A stretch of 64,000 nucleotides of DNA from Okamejei kenojei (lineage: Eukaryota). Under the pieces are notes generated by a model. It made no database searches. It was not told the DNA's origin and saw only the letters and a program-made list of their open reading frames with translations. This document shows positions 12,744 to 24,690 of this stretch, one piece after another. How positions within the stretch are numbered: the first letter of the stretch is position 1; the number at the start of each line of letters is the position of its first letter. The stretch is taken from contig CM069174.1 in NCBI GenBank assembly GCA_035221665.1, positions 10,106,001 to 10,170,000 of the forward strand, given 5' to 3'. The position numbers and the translations under genes were made by a program.

Positions 12744-14028
12744 CAGGCACGTGCCGCCAGGGTAGGCAAGGTAGGCACTGCTTATCCTGACTAAAATTAT
12801 AAAATGATAATTATTTAATGTAAATAGTAAAGGCACAGGAGAATTATGCCTACCTAAGAGATCAATCTCTTAGTTTGGCATAATTCTTCGTGTCTTTCAT
12901 GCGCAGTACATGTAATACGTGAAAGTGTGTGCAGCTCACGTGCCGCCGACGCAGCTTCACGCCTTCAATGACCAGGGGAGCTGAAGGCAGCTGAAATCCT
13001 GCCTTTGCAGCGTGGACTGCGTACTGTGCATGCGCAGCGCAAGTTTCTTGGTGGGTTTTTCAAACGTGGATTGTTATTATCTTAAGAAACAAAGAGTTTG
13101 TGTACAAATAATGTGGTAAGTAGATTTCTTTGAGCTAGGTCTGGCCAGGGGTAAAGTTGCGTGGAGGGAAGGAGCGTTGAGAAGGAGGGGGTTGGGGATC
13201 ATGCCAGCAACCACCTCAAGAGAGGGTCAGCGGGCGATGGAGCATACTCCTGTGTCAGTGCGATCAAGGGACCAAGCTCCACCGCCCGGTGTCCTGTGAT
13301 CCATCGCCCACTGACCCGCTCCGCTCTATAATCTTTGCTCTTGAGCTGGTCCCCTCACTGTTCAGACGGAGAGCACTGCCAGAGGTGAGCGGGCTGGCAG
13401 AAAGCGCTGAGGTCCCGGCAGGCGCTCGCAGCCACCCGAGCTACTTCCCTCCCCGGCCACAATGCGGTGGCTCCGCGCCCAGAGCGCGGCGGCGGTGAGT
13501 GAGTGGGTTACTCTCATGATCTCCGACCCCCTCCCAACGCTCCTGCCCTCCCCACAAGTTTACCCCTGGCTAGACTCCCCACACACTGCGAAAGGAACTC
13601 TCCCCCCAATTGGTCCCTTGAACTAGTATTGTCATTCAATAAGATCACAACTGATTCAACTTGTCCCAGTGTGCTCCTGTTTTTCCCACCTGCTGTCACC
13701 TTCCACCCATTCAATAATTCAGAATGAAGGAGATTTGGAAGCCTTGGGCAAATTGCATTGTTACTTTTTTTTTTGAGCATGAGAAATTCTATGTCCCGCC
13801 AGCCTTCTTTCAAAATTTAGCAACTCAATATGGGGGTGCGTCTTTGATGCAGGTGCGTCTTCATTGCCGGGAAATACGGTACTTTATTAAGAGATATGGC
13901 TTTTGAAGACTATATAAAAGTCGACTGACAGCTTACGGAGAGGAGAATAATCTGCTCATGCGCTGTTTAAGATTTAAAAAAAGCTGACTGACTGCCTACC
14001 CTGAGTAATTATTCACGGCACGTGCCTG
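12744..14028. mobile_element. Non-autonomous hAT-type DNA transposon (1285 bp)
   Basis: Perfect 13-bp TIR CAGGCACGTGCCG / CGGCACGTGCCTG; 8-bp TSD CTTGGTGC (12736-43) versus CTTGGCGC (14029-36); subterminal GGTAGGCA repeats at both ends. Confidence 0.85.
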
Positions 14029-14152
14029 CTTGGCGCATACCTCTCATTCTGTGCAACTCGACGTGAATCTAAGCCACTCTCACTACGTCATGAAGGCTCC
14101 AGCTTTCTACAACTTGCCCCCTCACCCAAGACTGGTGCATCGTGTCCTTCAA

Positions 14153-14440
14153 TATTTAGTTTGGAGATACAGAGCGGAAACAGGCCCTCCGGTCTACCGA
14201 GTCCGTGCCAACCAGTAATCCCCGCACGCGAACACTATCCTACATACGCTAGGGACAATTTACAATTATAGCAAGCAAATTAACCTACAAACCTGTACAT
14301 CTTTGGAGTGTGGGAGGAAACCGGAGAAACCCCATGCAGATCACGAGGAGAACATACAAACTCTGTACAGACAGCACCCGAGGTCAGGATCGAACCCAGG
14401 TCGCTGGCACTGTAAGGCAGGCAACTCTACCGTGCTGCCC
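14153..14440 (-). mobile_element. tRNA-derived SINE
   Basis: Near full-length copy of the same family with B-box ggttcgatcc on the - strand. Confidence 0.8.
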
Positions 14441-15855
14441 TATTCTGCTCGTCCCATGTATTGATCCCCATAGCTCTTTGAAAAGATAAAATGTTTTCTC
14501 TTTATCATGTGCAAGCTGTTTTTGTATCCAGCATCCATCTGTGAAAAGTCGAGTCTATAGCTATATATCCCTTTTTGAGGACCTTGAAAGTCAACATTTA
14601 ACTCCTTTCTCTTCTCCCCCCCCCCCCCCGCCCCAGTCCCTTGTTCCCTTGTTAAAACATAACCTATATCTGCAGTGTGGGTGCCCAATCCCGTTTATCA
14701 AATCGGTGCCACTCAGTAGCCTTCTCCCAGACAGATTGTGCTTTCCTGCTGCTTCCCAGGAAGTCTGCACGGAGGTTCCAGGACTTGAATGTGTTCATGT
14801 CCTGGGATCTGCTCCTCCAGTTGTGCTGACAGTTTTCAAACATTCCAGCTGCCCCGTCTGTGTCATTTCCTGTCGACTCATCCTCCCCCGCCTCATCCAG
14901 CCAATATTTGTTAGCCTTTCTCATTTCATGATTTAGTAATTTTCCAAGTGAGGCCATTTCCTGTGTGCGAGCCAGAGGTCAAATGGATTTGGTGCATTTC
15001 TGCGTGTGGTGGGGGGGGGGGCGCAGAGATCAGAGGGACCATTGGAGACTACTTTGAACCTTTTTCGGTGACCAATACATGGCGACACTTTGCATACTTT
15101 GTGTATGGCATGCAACTGTGACTTGTCACATGTGATGATAAAGTATCAATCAGCATGATCTACATGTAAAAACCCGAAACGTCACCTATTCCATCGCTCC
15201 ATAGATGCTGCCTCGCCCGCTGAGTTCCTCCAGCATTTTTGTCTACCTTCGATTGTTCCAGAATCTGCAGTTCCTTCTTATACGTGTAAAATGTATGCTA
15301 TTTTCTCCCTTTCAGCCGAAAATTGAAAGACTTATTTCCCCATCGTTGACTAATTGCATCTAGAATTAGCCTCGTTTCTCTTCTTTAAAAATGAGGACCA
15401 CATTTGCCTTGTGATCTTTGGCCAGATGGTGATTCCCATCAATGTGTACAGCTTTTTGTTTTGCTACCTGTTTTGTTGGAGGAGTTAGACATGTGCTCTG
15501 CTGGTCTGTGCCTCATTCTTTGAGTGATTCCTGCACTCTCTTCTCTTGTCATTTAAAACTTGGAGACTCTCATCGCCGATAAGCGCAAATTATGCTTCAT
15601 ACTGGGCGCTAGTTATCTTCACCCTCTGTACAAGTCTGCAAGGTGGGCTACCCATGGCGGGCGCCTTGGACTAGCATTTTCTGTTCGTACTGCCGTCCGA
15701 GACCAAGCACTGATGATGTAACTATACTCGTTCAGCTCTTGGGCAAGCAATGCCACTCGTTCCCACACCAAACTCCCAAAATTCACCCAGGGAAGAGGAT
15801 CACTATTTGTAGGAAAGAACTGCCAATGCTGGTTTAAATCTGTCTGAACTTCAGT

Positions 15856-15883
15856 CTGATGAAGGGTCTTGACCCGAAACATC
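15856..15883 (+). ncRNA. Minimal hammerhead-ribozyme-like core within a Penelope-derived repeat
   Basis: CUGAUGA, then stem II GGGUC-uu-GACCC, then GAAAC-AUC. Helix I pairing is weak, so activity is not established. Confidence 0.5.
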
Positions 15884-16312
15884 ACCCATTCCTCCTCTCC
15901 AGAGATGCTGCCTGACCCGCTGAGTTACTCCAGCACTTTGTGTCTACCTTCGAAGAGGAGCACTAGTTGGACAGATGAAATTATTTTAAAGATGTTGGTC
16001 AAACCTATCTTGGGGAGGAGAGGTGGGGGAAATGTAACATCCTCTCTGACACTGGGCGAATCCCTGGCTGTATCCCAATCACTCGCTGTATTGAAAATCT
16101 CATACTTATGTTACTTAACTCGACTTAATGTCTGAAAGAGTGTGCCACTCCCTCGACTGCCCTCTTGCCCACACTGTCCAGCATCCCCTGCCCTGCCCGT
16201 AACAGTCTGCAGATCCCATGGTGGTCCCGTTAGTCAGCTCCAGTCCACTCGACTGGAAGCATGTCATCCTCCATCCCAAGGGGTGGCTGGGAGGAGAAGA
16301 CCCTGATGAGTG

Positions 16313-16540
16313 CAGGGGTTGCCAGCCTTTTCGTCCTGTTTACACCAGGCAACTTTAATAGCACATAACAATGTTATTTCACTTATTTATGATGAACAGA
16401 TAGATACCGGTGTCTACCAGAACCAAACACAGTCAGTCAATGAGAAAAAAGATGTACAAATCCAGAATCAACAAATTTACCCCCTGGGTAGGCAAAATCT
16501 ATCCCCTGGGGGTCAATTTACCCCAGGTTGGGAACCCTTG
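16313..16540. mobile_element. hAT-type MITE
   Basis: Imperfect TIR caggggttgccagcc / ggttgggaacccttg; 8-bp flanks gatgagtg / gtttagtg (6 of 8 match); internal tttacccc repeats. Confidence 0.65.
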
Positions 16541-16820
16541 GTTTAGTGACAGCATGGAAACTGGCCTTTTGGCCCACGGGTCCACGCCGACCAATGATCA
16601 CCCACACACTAGTTCTACCCAACATACTTGGGACAACTTGCAGACGTCAATTAACCTACAAACCTGCGCATCATTGGTGTGTGGGAGGGAACGGCAGTGC
16701 CCAGAGAAAACCCACGCAGGTCACGGGGAGAACGTGCAAGCTCCATACAGGCAGCACCCGTAGTCGGGATCGAACCCAGGGCACTGTTGCTGTAAAACAG
16801 CAACTCCAGCACTGTGCCAC
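16541..16820 (-). mobile_element. tRNA-derived SINE
   Basis: Same family as 11390 and 14153 (attaacctacaaacctg...cacccgtagtcgggatcgaaccc). Confidence 0.75.
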
Positions 16821-18046
16821 TATAATTCTCAATGAATGAATAAGATTCATTCAACCATGGATCATTTGTTCAGAAAGATCTCCAAAGTCTTTGGGTTCTG
16901 CCTTTGTTGCCTGTCTTCCCCAAATGTTCAGGTTGTGGGGGTGGATGGATAGTATGGGTGTAGAGGAGGAATGGCAGGTAAATGGTTCTGCTGTTTGGCA
17001 TTCTGTCTTGTTCCAGGATATGGATGGCTACTTTGTGACTGAAGTGAAGTCCTCACTGTTTTCCTTGATTTTCCTGCCCTTCCCCACACCACATCACAAC
17101 CCTTGACTCCCTGGGTTCTATTGTGGGTTTCTTAATTTGCAACTTCAACATTTTGACAAACATTGCATGAATTTGGGTAAATCAACATTGTCTTCTGCTG
17201 CTATCCAGCGCGTTTTCTTTGGACTTTGTGTTATGGCTATTTGTGGGGTTTTTTTGTACATATTGTCTTTCTTTACAACTGGATCATGCGGTCTCGGAGC
17301 TAGTTGGCTGTGTGCTCTGACAGTCCAGTTTTAATTCAACAAAGTTTTCAACTGTGGCATTTAAAACAGACCATTAAAACGCAAGTTATCGCATTGTGAG
17401 TTTCCATGTGGGACTGTGACCTTTTTTAAAAATGTCCTCCTTTTTAAAAACTCTTGAGTGCTTGTTGGGGATTGAACCGGGCGAGCAGCAGCAACAGAAA
17501 TGAGGGAGGGGCTCTCCTGTTGTGCAGGGCGGGAAAAGGGGCCTGAAGCAAGCTGCCTCCCCTCCGGCAGGAGGACTTTCACCTGCGTTCTGCAGCATTT
17601 CAAGGGCAAGGCGCCTTGTATCATCTGATGCCGAGCAGCTGATGAGCAGTTGGCAGAATCTGTCAGGGAGGAGGAGAGGCCGTGTTCCATTGACTCATTC
17701 CTACAATTAGTCCACATTAGTATTCAGGCCTAATCTGTTATTAAATCTGAATGTAATTGGAGAGCATGTTGAGGAGGAGCCACATTATACAGCAGATGCT
17801 GGGTATCTTTTGGCTTTTGTGACAAAGCAATTTGTAAGTTTTCTTATTATAATCATTTTTGTGGGGTTTTTTTAAGTATGAATGTTTTTGGGAGTTCCCT
17901 TTGTACTACCGTGGCACAGGCTCCATTGAAATTTTGCATCAAATTTGAGCTCTAACTGGGCGGCAGCAGTAGGATTGTTCTAAGATGATCTGGCAGAATG
18001 AGTGGGTTCACAGCTGTGACTGCTGTAGGTGAACTGCAAAACCTTT

Positions 18047-18323
18047 AATTTAGATAAACGGGCACATTCGCCCACCAGGTCCGCGCCGAGCAGTGATCCC
18101 CGCAGTCGAGCATACTGCCCCTACGCATACTAGGGGCAGTTTGTAATCTTTACCAAAGCCAATTAACCTACAAACCTGCACATCTTTGGAGTGTGGGAGG
18201 AAACCGGAGAAAACCCACTGGGTCACGGGGAGAACGTACAAACTCCATACAGAGAGCACCCGTAGTCGGGATGGAACCTGGGTCTCTGGGGCTGTAAGAT
18301 AGCAACTCTACTGCTGTGCCACC
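18047..18323 (-). mobile_element. tRNA-derived SINE
   Basis: Same family core and head (gcaactctactgctgtgccaccgt). Confidence 0.78.
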
Positions 18324-19272
18324 GTCTTGGAGGAAGGAAGAATATCAGCCCCTGTTCCTACTGTCATCTTTTTTAAAAAGAACCGATTCAGAGTCACACG
18401 GAAACGGCTTCTACAGCAACTGAATGGAATTCAGAAACCGAATAGGGGCAGGCTGTCAGCAAGAGAGCAGTAGAGTGAGTTGTTCACTCTGTACGCCACG
18501 GTCAATCTGTTCTCTCCTGTGTTCCTGGAGGTTTGCGAATCTGTAACAGTACCTCTGCCATTGCATTAGTGACAGGTCAGTATTTGGGATTACTTCAGAA
18601 CTTTGTGTCTTGCCTCTCCTCTGCTTGGCTCGTTCCCCAGCACGTGGTTATCCTGTGTTGGGAGTCTTTTTTGGGGGGGGGGGGGAAGCTTTGCTTGGTA
18701 ATGTTGCCTTGATGGCAGGTAAACCCTGAATGCTTCTTTCAACCCTCTCGCAGTGAGAATAATTTCGAGAGCATTTGATTTTTTTTTTTTTTTTAGCTCT
18801 TCCCAAATGACTACTCTCTAGATTTTAAACGCCTTGACTAGGTATTGTGCTCTTTCAGCATTGGTATATAATGGGTCTGGTTCATGAGAGTATGTATATT
18901 GATGGCAGCGTGGAGATTTGGCTGCTAGTGCTGGTTCCGTGCCTTTCTTGCTGTGGTAATTTAAAAAAATCTGCCCAACTGAAAGGAAAAATGAAAATGT
19001 AAAAGGCCAAAGTGTATCCTAATTATAAAGTCAATGATAAAGTTAAACAGTCAGACAATTATAAAGTCAAATATGATCTGTAATCATTTGCAGATGCGTA
19101 GGCCCGTTCCCCCTTTATCCTGGTTGATGGTGCAGGGGTAACATGGTGGGGTGGGGAAATGCATAATATTGATGGCAGTCTAATTGTGTTTGTATTGTAT
19201 AGTGCTTGCTTACTTTGATCTGGCGACTGTGTTCATTAACGTTGCATTTGGCTCTGTTTGCACTTCATGCAG

Positions 19273-19424
19273 ACCATACCTCGCCGGGAACGAGCCCTGA
19301 TAAAAGTGAATCTAAGGTTGGTACGGAGTTGGCAGACATGCAGGAGCAGACATCAGTGAAAGACAGAATGGCATTGTACCAGGCTGCTGCATCACAGAAG
19401 GAGACCAACCTCCATTCTCCTACA
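19273..19424 (+). CDS. LIMA1: LIMA1 internal exon (152 nt, phase 1 to 0)
   Basis: Encodes ...[19 protein letters not shown]..., matching the EPLIN/XIRP motif TSIKDRMAKYQAAVSK. Acceptor cacttcatgCAG, donor ACA|GTAAAC. Confidence 0.9.
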
Positions 19425-21395
19425 GTAAACACCTTTTTGAATATGCTTCCATCTGCGGCGCACTTGATTGTAATGCACCATTTAAGTAATGTTGTTGAGG
19501 ACTTCTACTATAATCTTGCTCTTGCTGTAAAGTTGGGACATGCACTAAGAAGTTCTAATTGTGCCCACTATGCCTTTGCTGAAGATCATACCTGCACTTT
19601 GTAGCTGAATCAACATCTAGGCTGATTCAGATTTTTATTTTGCATGCATTACTTGTCCCTTCCGTCTCACCCCCACCCTTCACCTTCAACATGATTGGCC
19701 CGCACACTATGCGCCTCTCCTGTAACCTTGAAGGTGCGAACTTTCAGTAAGAGGGAACTGCAGAAGCTGGTTCACACCCAAGACAGCCGCAAAATGCTGG
19801 AGGAACTCAGCAGGTCAGGCAGCATCTCTGGAGAAAAGGAAAAGGTGACGTTTTCGGGTTGAGACCCTTCTTCAGACTTGGAGAAGTCTCACCGGGAACT
19901 TCACACGTTTGTTTTCTCCAGCTAAGGTGAGAACTTCAATGCTTTATCTGTCACACAAGTCCTACATAAGTCTGCAACAGGCTTGTCAATGAGCCATCAA
20001 AGGACCAGCGCACATTTTGTATCTGGGGGACGGTGGCACAAACACGTGCTGGCGGCTGCACCTCCAGCGGTTGTCCCCATACACCGCTGCCAAACAAAGC
20101 GCACTCGCTATTTTGCAGGCAAACGCAGCGCACAGTTTGCGCACAGCAAGTTCCCACAAAACCTGGCGATAAATTGTCCATTAATTCGCTTGTTGGATGA
20201 ATGTTGGCTCAGGCAAGCAACTATTTGCTTTAAAAAATAATAATTTTTTTTTAATGGTGGCATGGGATCTTTAATGGGTAAATGGGGCTTTCATTTTCAC
20301 GTCTCCAACCGCACCTCGACCGATGCATCACTCCCTGTGGTTAGCAAAGATGCCAGCAAACATGCAGCTTGAGTCTGAAGCCTTTGAACTCTGCAGTATG
20401 AGTTGTGCCAATTCGGCTGAGCTGCTTGTTAATGTGTCTCAGCTCTGTAATTTAAAAAACTCTGCATCTTCAAGCACTTTCCCCTGAAACGCAAAGTGGC
20501 GCAAATCTTTCCTGCCGTGCCGCCGCATCAGACTCTGTGAACTTGAGCCCAGTGATATCTGGTTACTGGATAAGTCGTGCATCATTATCAAGGGGGAGGG
20601 AGTTGCACAAATTGTTTTTGTACTGTTGTCCTGCAGTAGCAACCTTTTCCTCAGCTGCCCCAAACTGTCCGCATCACCCGCTGCTTTTGGGCCAGCATTT
20701 GTTTGCCTTGTGTTCTGCTGAGACCCTCTTTTGTGTCACTGCTGGATTGTGTCCCTCCCGGCGTCAAGGTCCGCATGCAGTCGTTAGTCTGTTGATATTG
20801 GGTATATTTGCTTAGCGGTTAAGGTACTGAATTTATATCCCAAAGGCTATTAATGATCCAACAACACGTGTTCAAATCCCACCACAACTGCTGGGGAATT
20901 TAAATTCTATAATTTAACCTGAACTGTTAGATTCAAGAAAGCAAAACATGCTTTTTCTTAAGATTCCAGACCCATGGCAAGGCCAAATCCCGGGAGCGTC
21001 TGACTTGATCTGTGCCCAACTGGTACAACGATTTCCCTTTTTTTAAGCCACTGTTTCCAGGCTCCCTGCATTTCTGACGAGCAATTGCCTTTTTTTCCTT
21101 CCCCTTGCGGTCTGTGGGCAGCTGGCACTGTGGGTGGGAAGGGAGGAAAGAGAAAGACCGAACACAAGAGACACATAGCGGGTCAGGCAGCACCTGTGGA
21201 GAGGGGAGCGGTTAATGTTTTGGGGTTGAAGACCCATTTCTGGTGAAGGATAGCATTCTTACGACCGTACACCTTTGCTGTTCTCGTTCTGCTGTTTAAC
21301 GTGACGCTGATCAATGTACCTTGCACCACTTTTAACTCCTGTCCCCTGCCCCTTTCTGCTCTGCTGCCCCTTCCAGCACCTTGCTCTGTCCACAG

Positions 21396-21405
21396 ATCCT
21401 TCAAG
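21396..21405 (+). CDS. LIMA1: Candidate 10-nt LIMA1 microexon (phase 0 to 1)
   Basis: ATCCTTCAAG lies between a long pyrimidine tract ending ctgtccaCAG and a consensus donor AAG|GTGAGT. It supplies the phase change needed by 25919-25977. Confidence 0.4.
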
Positions 21406-23284
21406 GTGAGTCCTTCCTGATTGCCTGCTGTCCACATTGGTTGTCCAGAGATTTGAAATGGCTTCGAAAAAATTTCTTCACCCTGACTTTTTAAAGCGTT
21501 ACAGCTTTGGAGTAAATAAGGTCACCTCAGGCAGCCCCCGGGATGGAGGGCGACTTGATTCCACTCCGGTTTTGCCGTCCGAGGCCAATGTGGAAAGGGC
21601 TGTTCCTTGGAGGGAGGGGTTGGTGGCTGAGTGGGGAGTTTGGCTCTCTGCTGCCGATGGGTTGCTATGTGATCCCATTAGGGTGTAACGTTTCACTGTC
21701 TGCTGCCGCCAATGTGATTGTTTGAATAATTAATTTCCCCCTGTCTCTGTCTCTCTCTCTCTCTCTCCCCTGAGACACTAAGCCTGAAGCAACACTGCTG
21801 CTGTCTGCCCTTCACATGGCTGTTAACCCTTCAGGAGCCCAGTGATCCAGCAGGCTCTTGTCTGGGTCCTGCGAGAAGCTGCCATTATCATCATCTTTCC
21901 CCTCCCCATCCCCCAGCACTTGAACTCGGCTTGCATTCCACATGGATGAATTTGTCTCGCTTGGACAAATACAGTCCAAGTTCCACACGTTGACAGCAAG
22001 ATTTTATTTACCCCTTGCTTTTAATTCCATTTCGGGCTGATTCCCTCACTTCCCTCACATCTTTCTGTCACTTTCAGTCACAGCCTTCGATAATTCTATC
22101 TTTTGAGCTGAGCAGACTTTATATTACAGCTTTCAGTCGCGTTTCTGTTTGAATGTCCTAAATGTAGTGTTGTGCACAGAAACAAACCTTTCCCAGCCTA
22201 GTGAGTTTCCCCTCTTGCTCTAAAATAGTACTATCTCCTTTTTAAAAAAAAAATAAGGGGACTTGCTGCAAACTGCAGATTTGAGTTTGCGTAGCAGCTT
22301 ACCGCATCTTTACAGCACTTTGCAACCAGTGAAATTGGATAATAGTGTGATTGTAGTGTAGCTGAACATGGCAGTCAGTTGTGCATGGCATGATCCCACA
22401 AGTAGCAAATGAGTGGAAACACCATTCAGATGATTGGCCAGGACCCCAGGAAGCCGCACTGTTACTACAAACTGTGCTGTTTTGTCTTTGCATCCATTTG
22501 AGGGGGCAGCCGGCCGTCTGTTTGAACTTCTCATCCGAAAGATGGATCACGCTTTAACAGGGTGTGTTTGCAGGGAAGCCATTCTGCCCCTCATTGTGTT
22601 TTGATGATGATTTTTAAGCCCATTTTTGTCAAAATGACCTTGAGGTGATAGTCTGTGGGAAGGAACCACAGATGCTTGCTTACACTGAAGATAGACACAA
22701 AATGCTGGAGTAACTCAGCGGGACAGGCAGCATCTCTGGCGAGAAGGAATGGGTGACGTTTCTGGTTGAGACCCTTCAGACTGAAACTGCTTCTCTCCAT
22801 AGATGTTGCCTGTCCCGCTGAGTTACTCCATTTTGTGTCTATCTTATTGAGGTGATGGTTGTCATCTGGCTCTTTGCATGGAGGTTGTGGATTCAAGACT
22901 TGCCCCAAAGACATGAGCAGACAATGCGTTATGGAGGTGCCTCCTATATGGTTGGGTTTATGTAAAAGAGTTCCCTGGTGTCCTGGCCAACATCTATTCC
23001 TTTATCATCCTCCTTAAAAACAAATCTCCACAATTTGCTGGTTGTGGGAGCTTGCTGTGCGCAAACGGCTGCCATGTTTCCTGCGTTTGGAGCAGTGACT
23101 ACCAAGTTAATCTTTGGCTACAAAATGCTGTGGACCCTTGACAACCCCCAAGGCTGTGACGAGGCTATAGAAAGGAAGGCTTGATCTTAAATTTGCCCCA
23201 GTTGAAGTTTCTCGATTCGAGAAGTGATTGTTGAACAGAGCTGGACTGCTTTTGACACTAACTGTTGTCTTGGAAAATGCCTAG

Positions 23285-23377
23285 ACTTTGGAAGAGCATG
23301 TGGCGCCGGGGGAAGTGGTCGGCTCCAAGGAACCGTGGGAGACCAAGGAAGTGGCCAGTCCGAAGAAGCTGTCACAG
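23285..23377 (+). CDS. LIMA1: Probable LIMA1 internal exon (93 nt, symmetrical, open in two frames)
   Basis: Branch-point-like CACTAAC near 23256, TAG acceptor, donor CAG|GTAAAA. Frame 0 reads TLEEHVAPGEVVGSKEPWETKEVASPKKLSQ, and the frame entered at phase 1 is also stop-free. Confidence 0.6.
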
Positions 23378-23439
23378 GTAAAAGGGGCCGTGGTTTACTT
23401 GCAACCTCTCTTGTGGATGTGGGCGACATCCACCCTTGG

Positions 23440-23967
23440 CAGCGTGGAAACAGGCCCTATGGCCCAACCTGCCCACAACGACCAACATGCCCCATCTACA
23501 CTAGTCCCGCCTGCCTGCATTTGGCCCATATCCCTCCAAACCTGTCCTATCTGTGTACCCGTATAAATGTTTCTTAAATGTTGCGATAGTACCTGGCTCA
23601 ACAATCTCCTCTGGCAGCTCGTTCCATTCACCCATCACCCTCTGTGTGCAAAGGTTACCCCTCTGGTCCCTATTAAATCTTTCCCCCCTCACCTTCACCC
23701 ATCACCCTCTGTGTGCAAAGGTTACCCCTCTGGTCCCTATTAAATCTTTCCCCCCTCACCTTAAACCTAAGTCCCCTGGTTCTCCATTCTCCTACTGTGG
23801 GCAAGAGACTGCGCGTCCACCCGGTCTATTCCTCAAGTGATTTGTACACCTCGTGCAGATCACCCCTCATCCTCCTGCACTCAAAGTAACTCCTAGCCTG
23901 CTCGACCTCTCCTTATAGCTCAGGGCCTCGAGTCCTGGCAACGTCCTTGTAATTCTTCTCTGCACCC
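23440..23967 (-). mobile_element. CR1-clade LINE 3' fragment containing an internal 67-bp tandem duplication
   Basis: KVRGERFNRDQRGNLCTQRVMGEWNELPEEIVEPGTIATFKKHL...GYGPNAGR; 23627-23693 is repeated exactly at 23694-23760. Confidence 0.85.
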
Positions 23968-24524
23968 TAACATGCATATTATAGAATAACTTTTTTTTTA
24001 AATTCCCACATGTTTGGTTTGTTTCTGCAGGAACTCAGTGGGTCAATTGTCTTTCTTCCTATGTCTTACCTGTCCTGTGATTGTAAATGCCACAAAGTCC
24101 AATAGAACATGCCTCAATCACTCATTCAGGCAGCCTAAATGGCAAGAGAAACAATGAATGTTTCTGTTCCAGGACCCTTCCATTTAAAAAAAAAAAAAAA
24201 AGGAACAGCCAGAAGCCGTGCGTGTTTTCTCGCTTTGGTCTCGCCAGTTCTGAGGGAAAGTCACCGATCCGAAACGCTAACTCTGTTTCTCGGTCCTTAC
24301 TTCTGTGACAGCAGCACTTGCCAGCTGCCATTGCCTTCCTCGGGGCAAGGAGGTCAACCTGTATAGCAGTCAGATTGACTTGCATATGGTTTCACCACGG
24401 GCGACGGTACCTCCGCTGACCCTTGCCTTCCCCTGATGGTTATCAGAAGCAAGGATGACTGACCACAGGTCCCCGGCATAGAGACACTGTTAAACCTCTA
24501 GAGCACAAACAGTTCAGAGCACAG

Positions 24525-24690
24525 TTAAGAAGGAACTGCAGATGCTGGAAAATCGAAGATAGACACAAGTGCTGGAGAAACTCAGCGGGTGCAGCAGCAT
24601 CGATTGAGCGGAGGAAATAGGCAACGTTTCGGGCCGAAACCCTAATTCCTGCTGCACCCGCTGAGTTTCTCCAGCACTTGTGTCTACCTC
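24525..24690. mobile_element. Palindromic Penelope-like terminal fragment flanked by 14-bp direct repeats
   Basis: agacacaagtgctggagaaactcagcgggtgcagcag is present in both orientations; cagttcagagcaca lies at 24510-23 and 24692-705. Confidence 0.65.

Noticed and set aside
19922-19926. 5-nt microexon-like ttctcCAG|CTAAG|GTGAGA
   Set aside because: The acceptor derives from a decayed Penelope-type repeat, and its phase fits no neighbouring exon.
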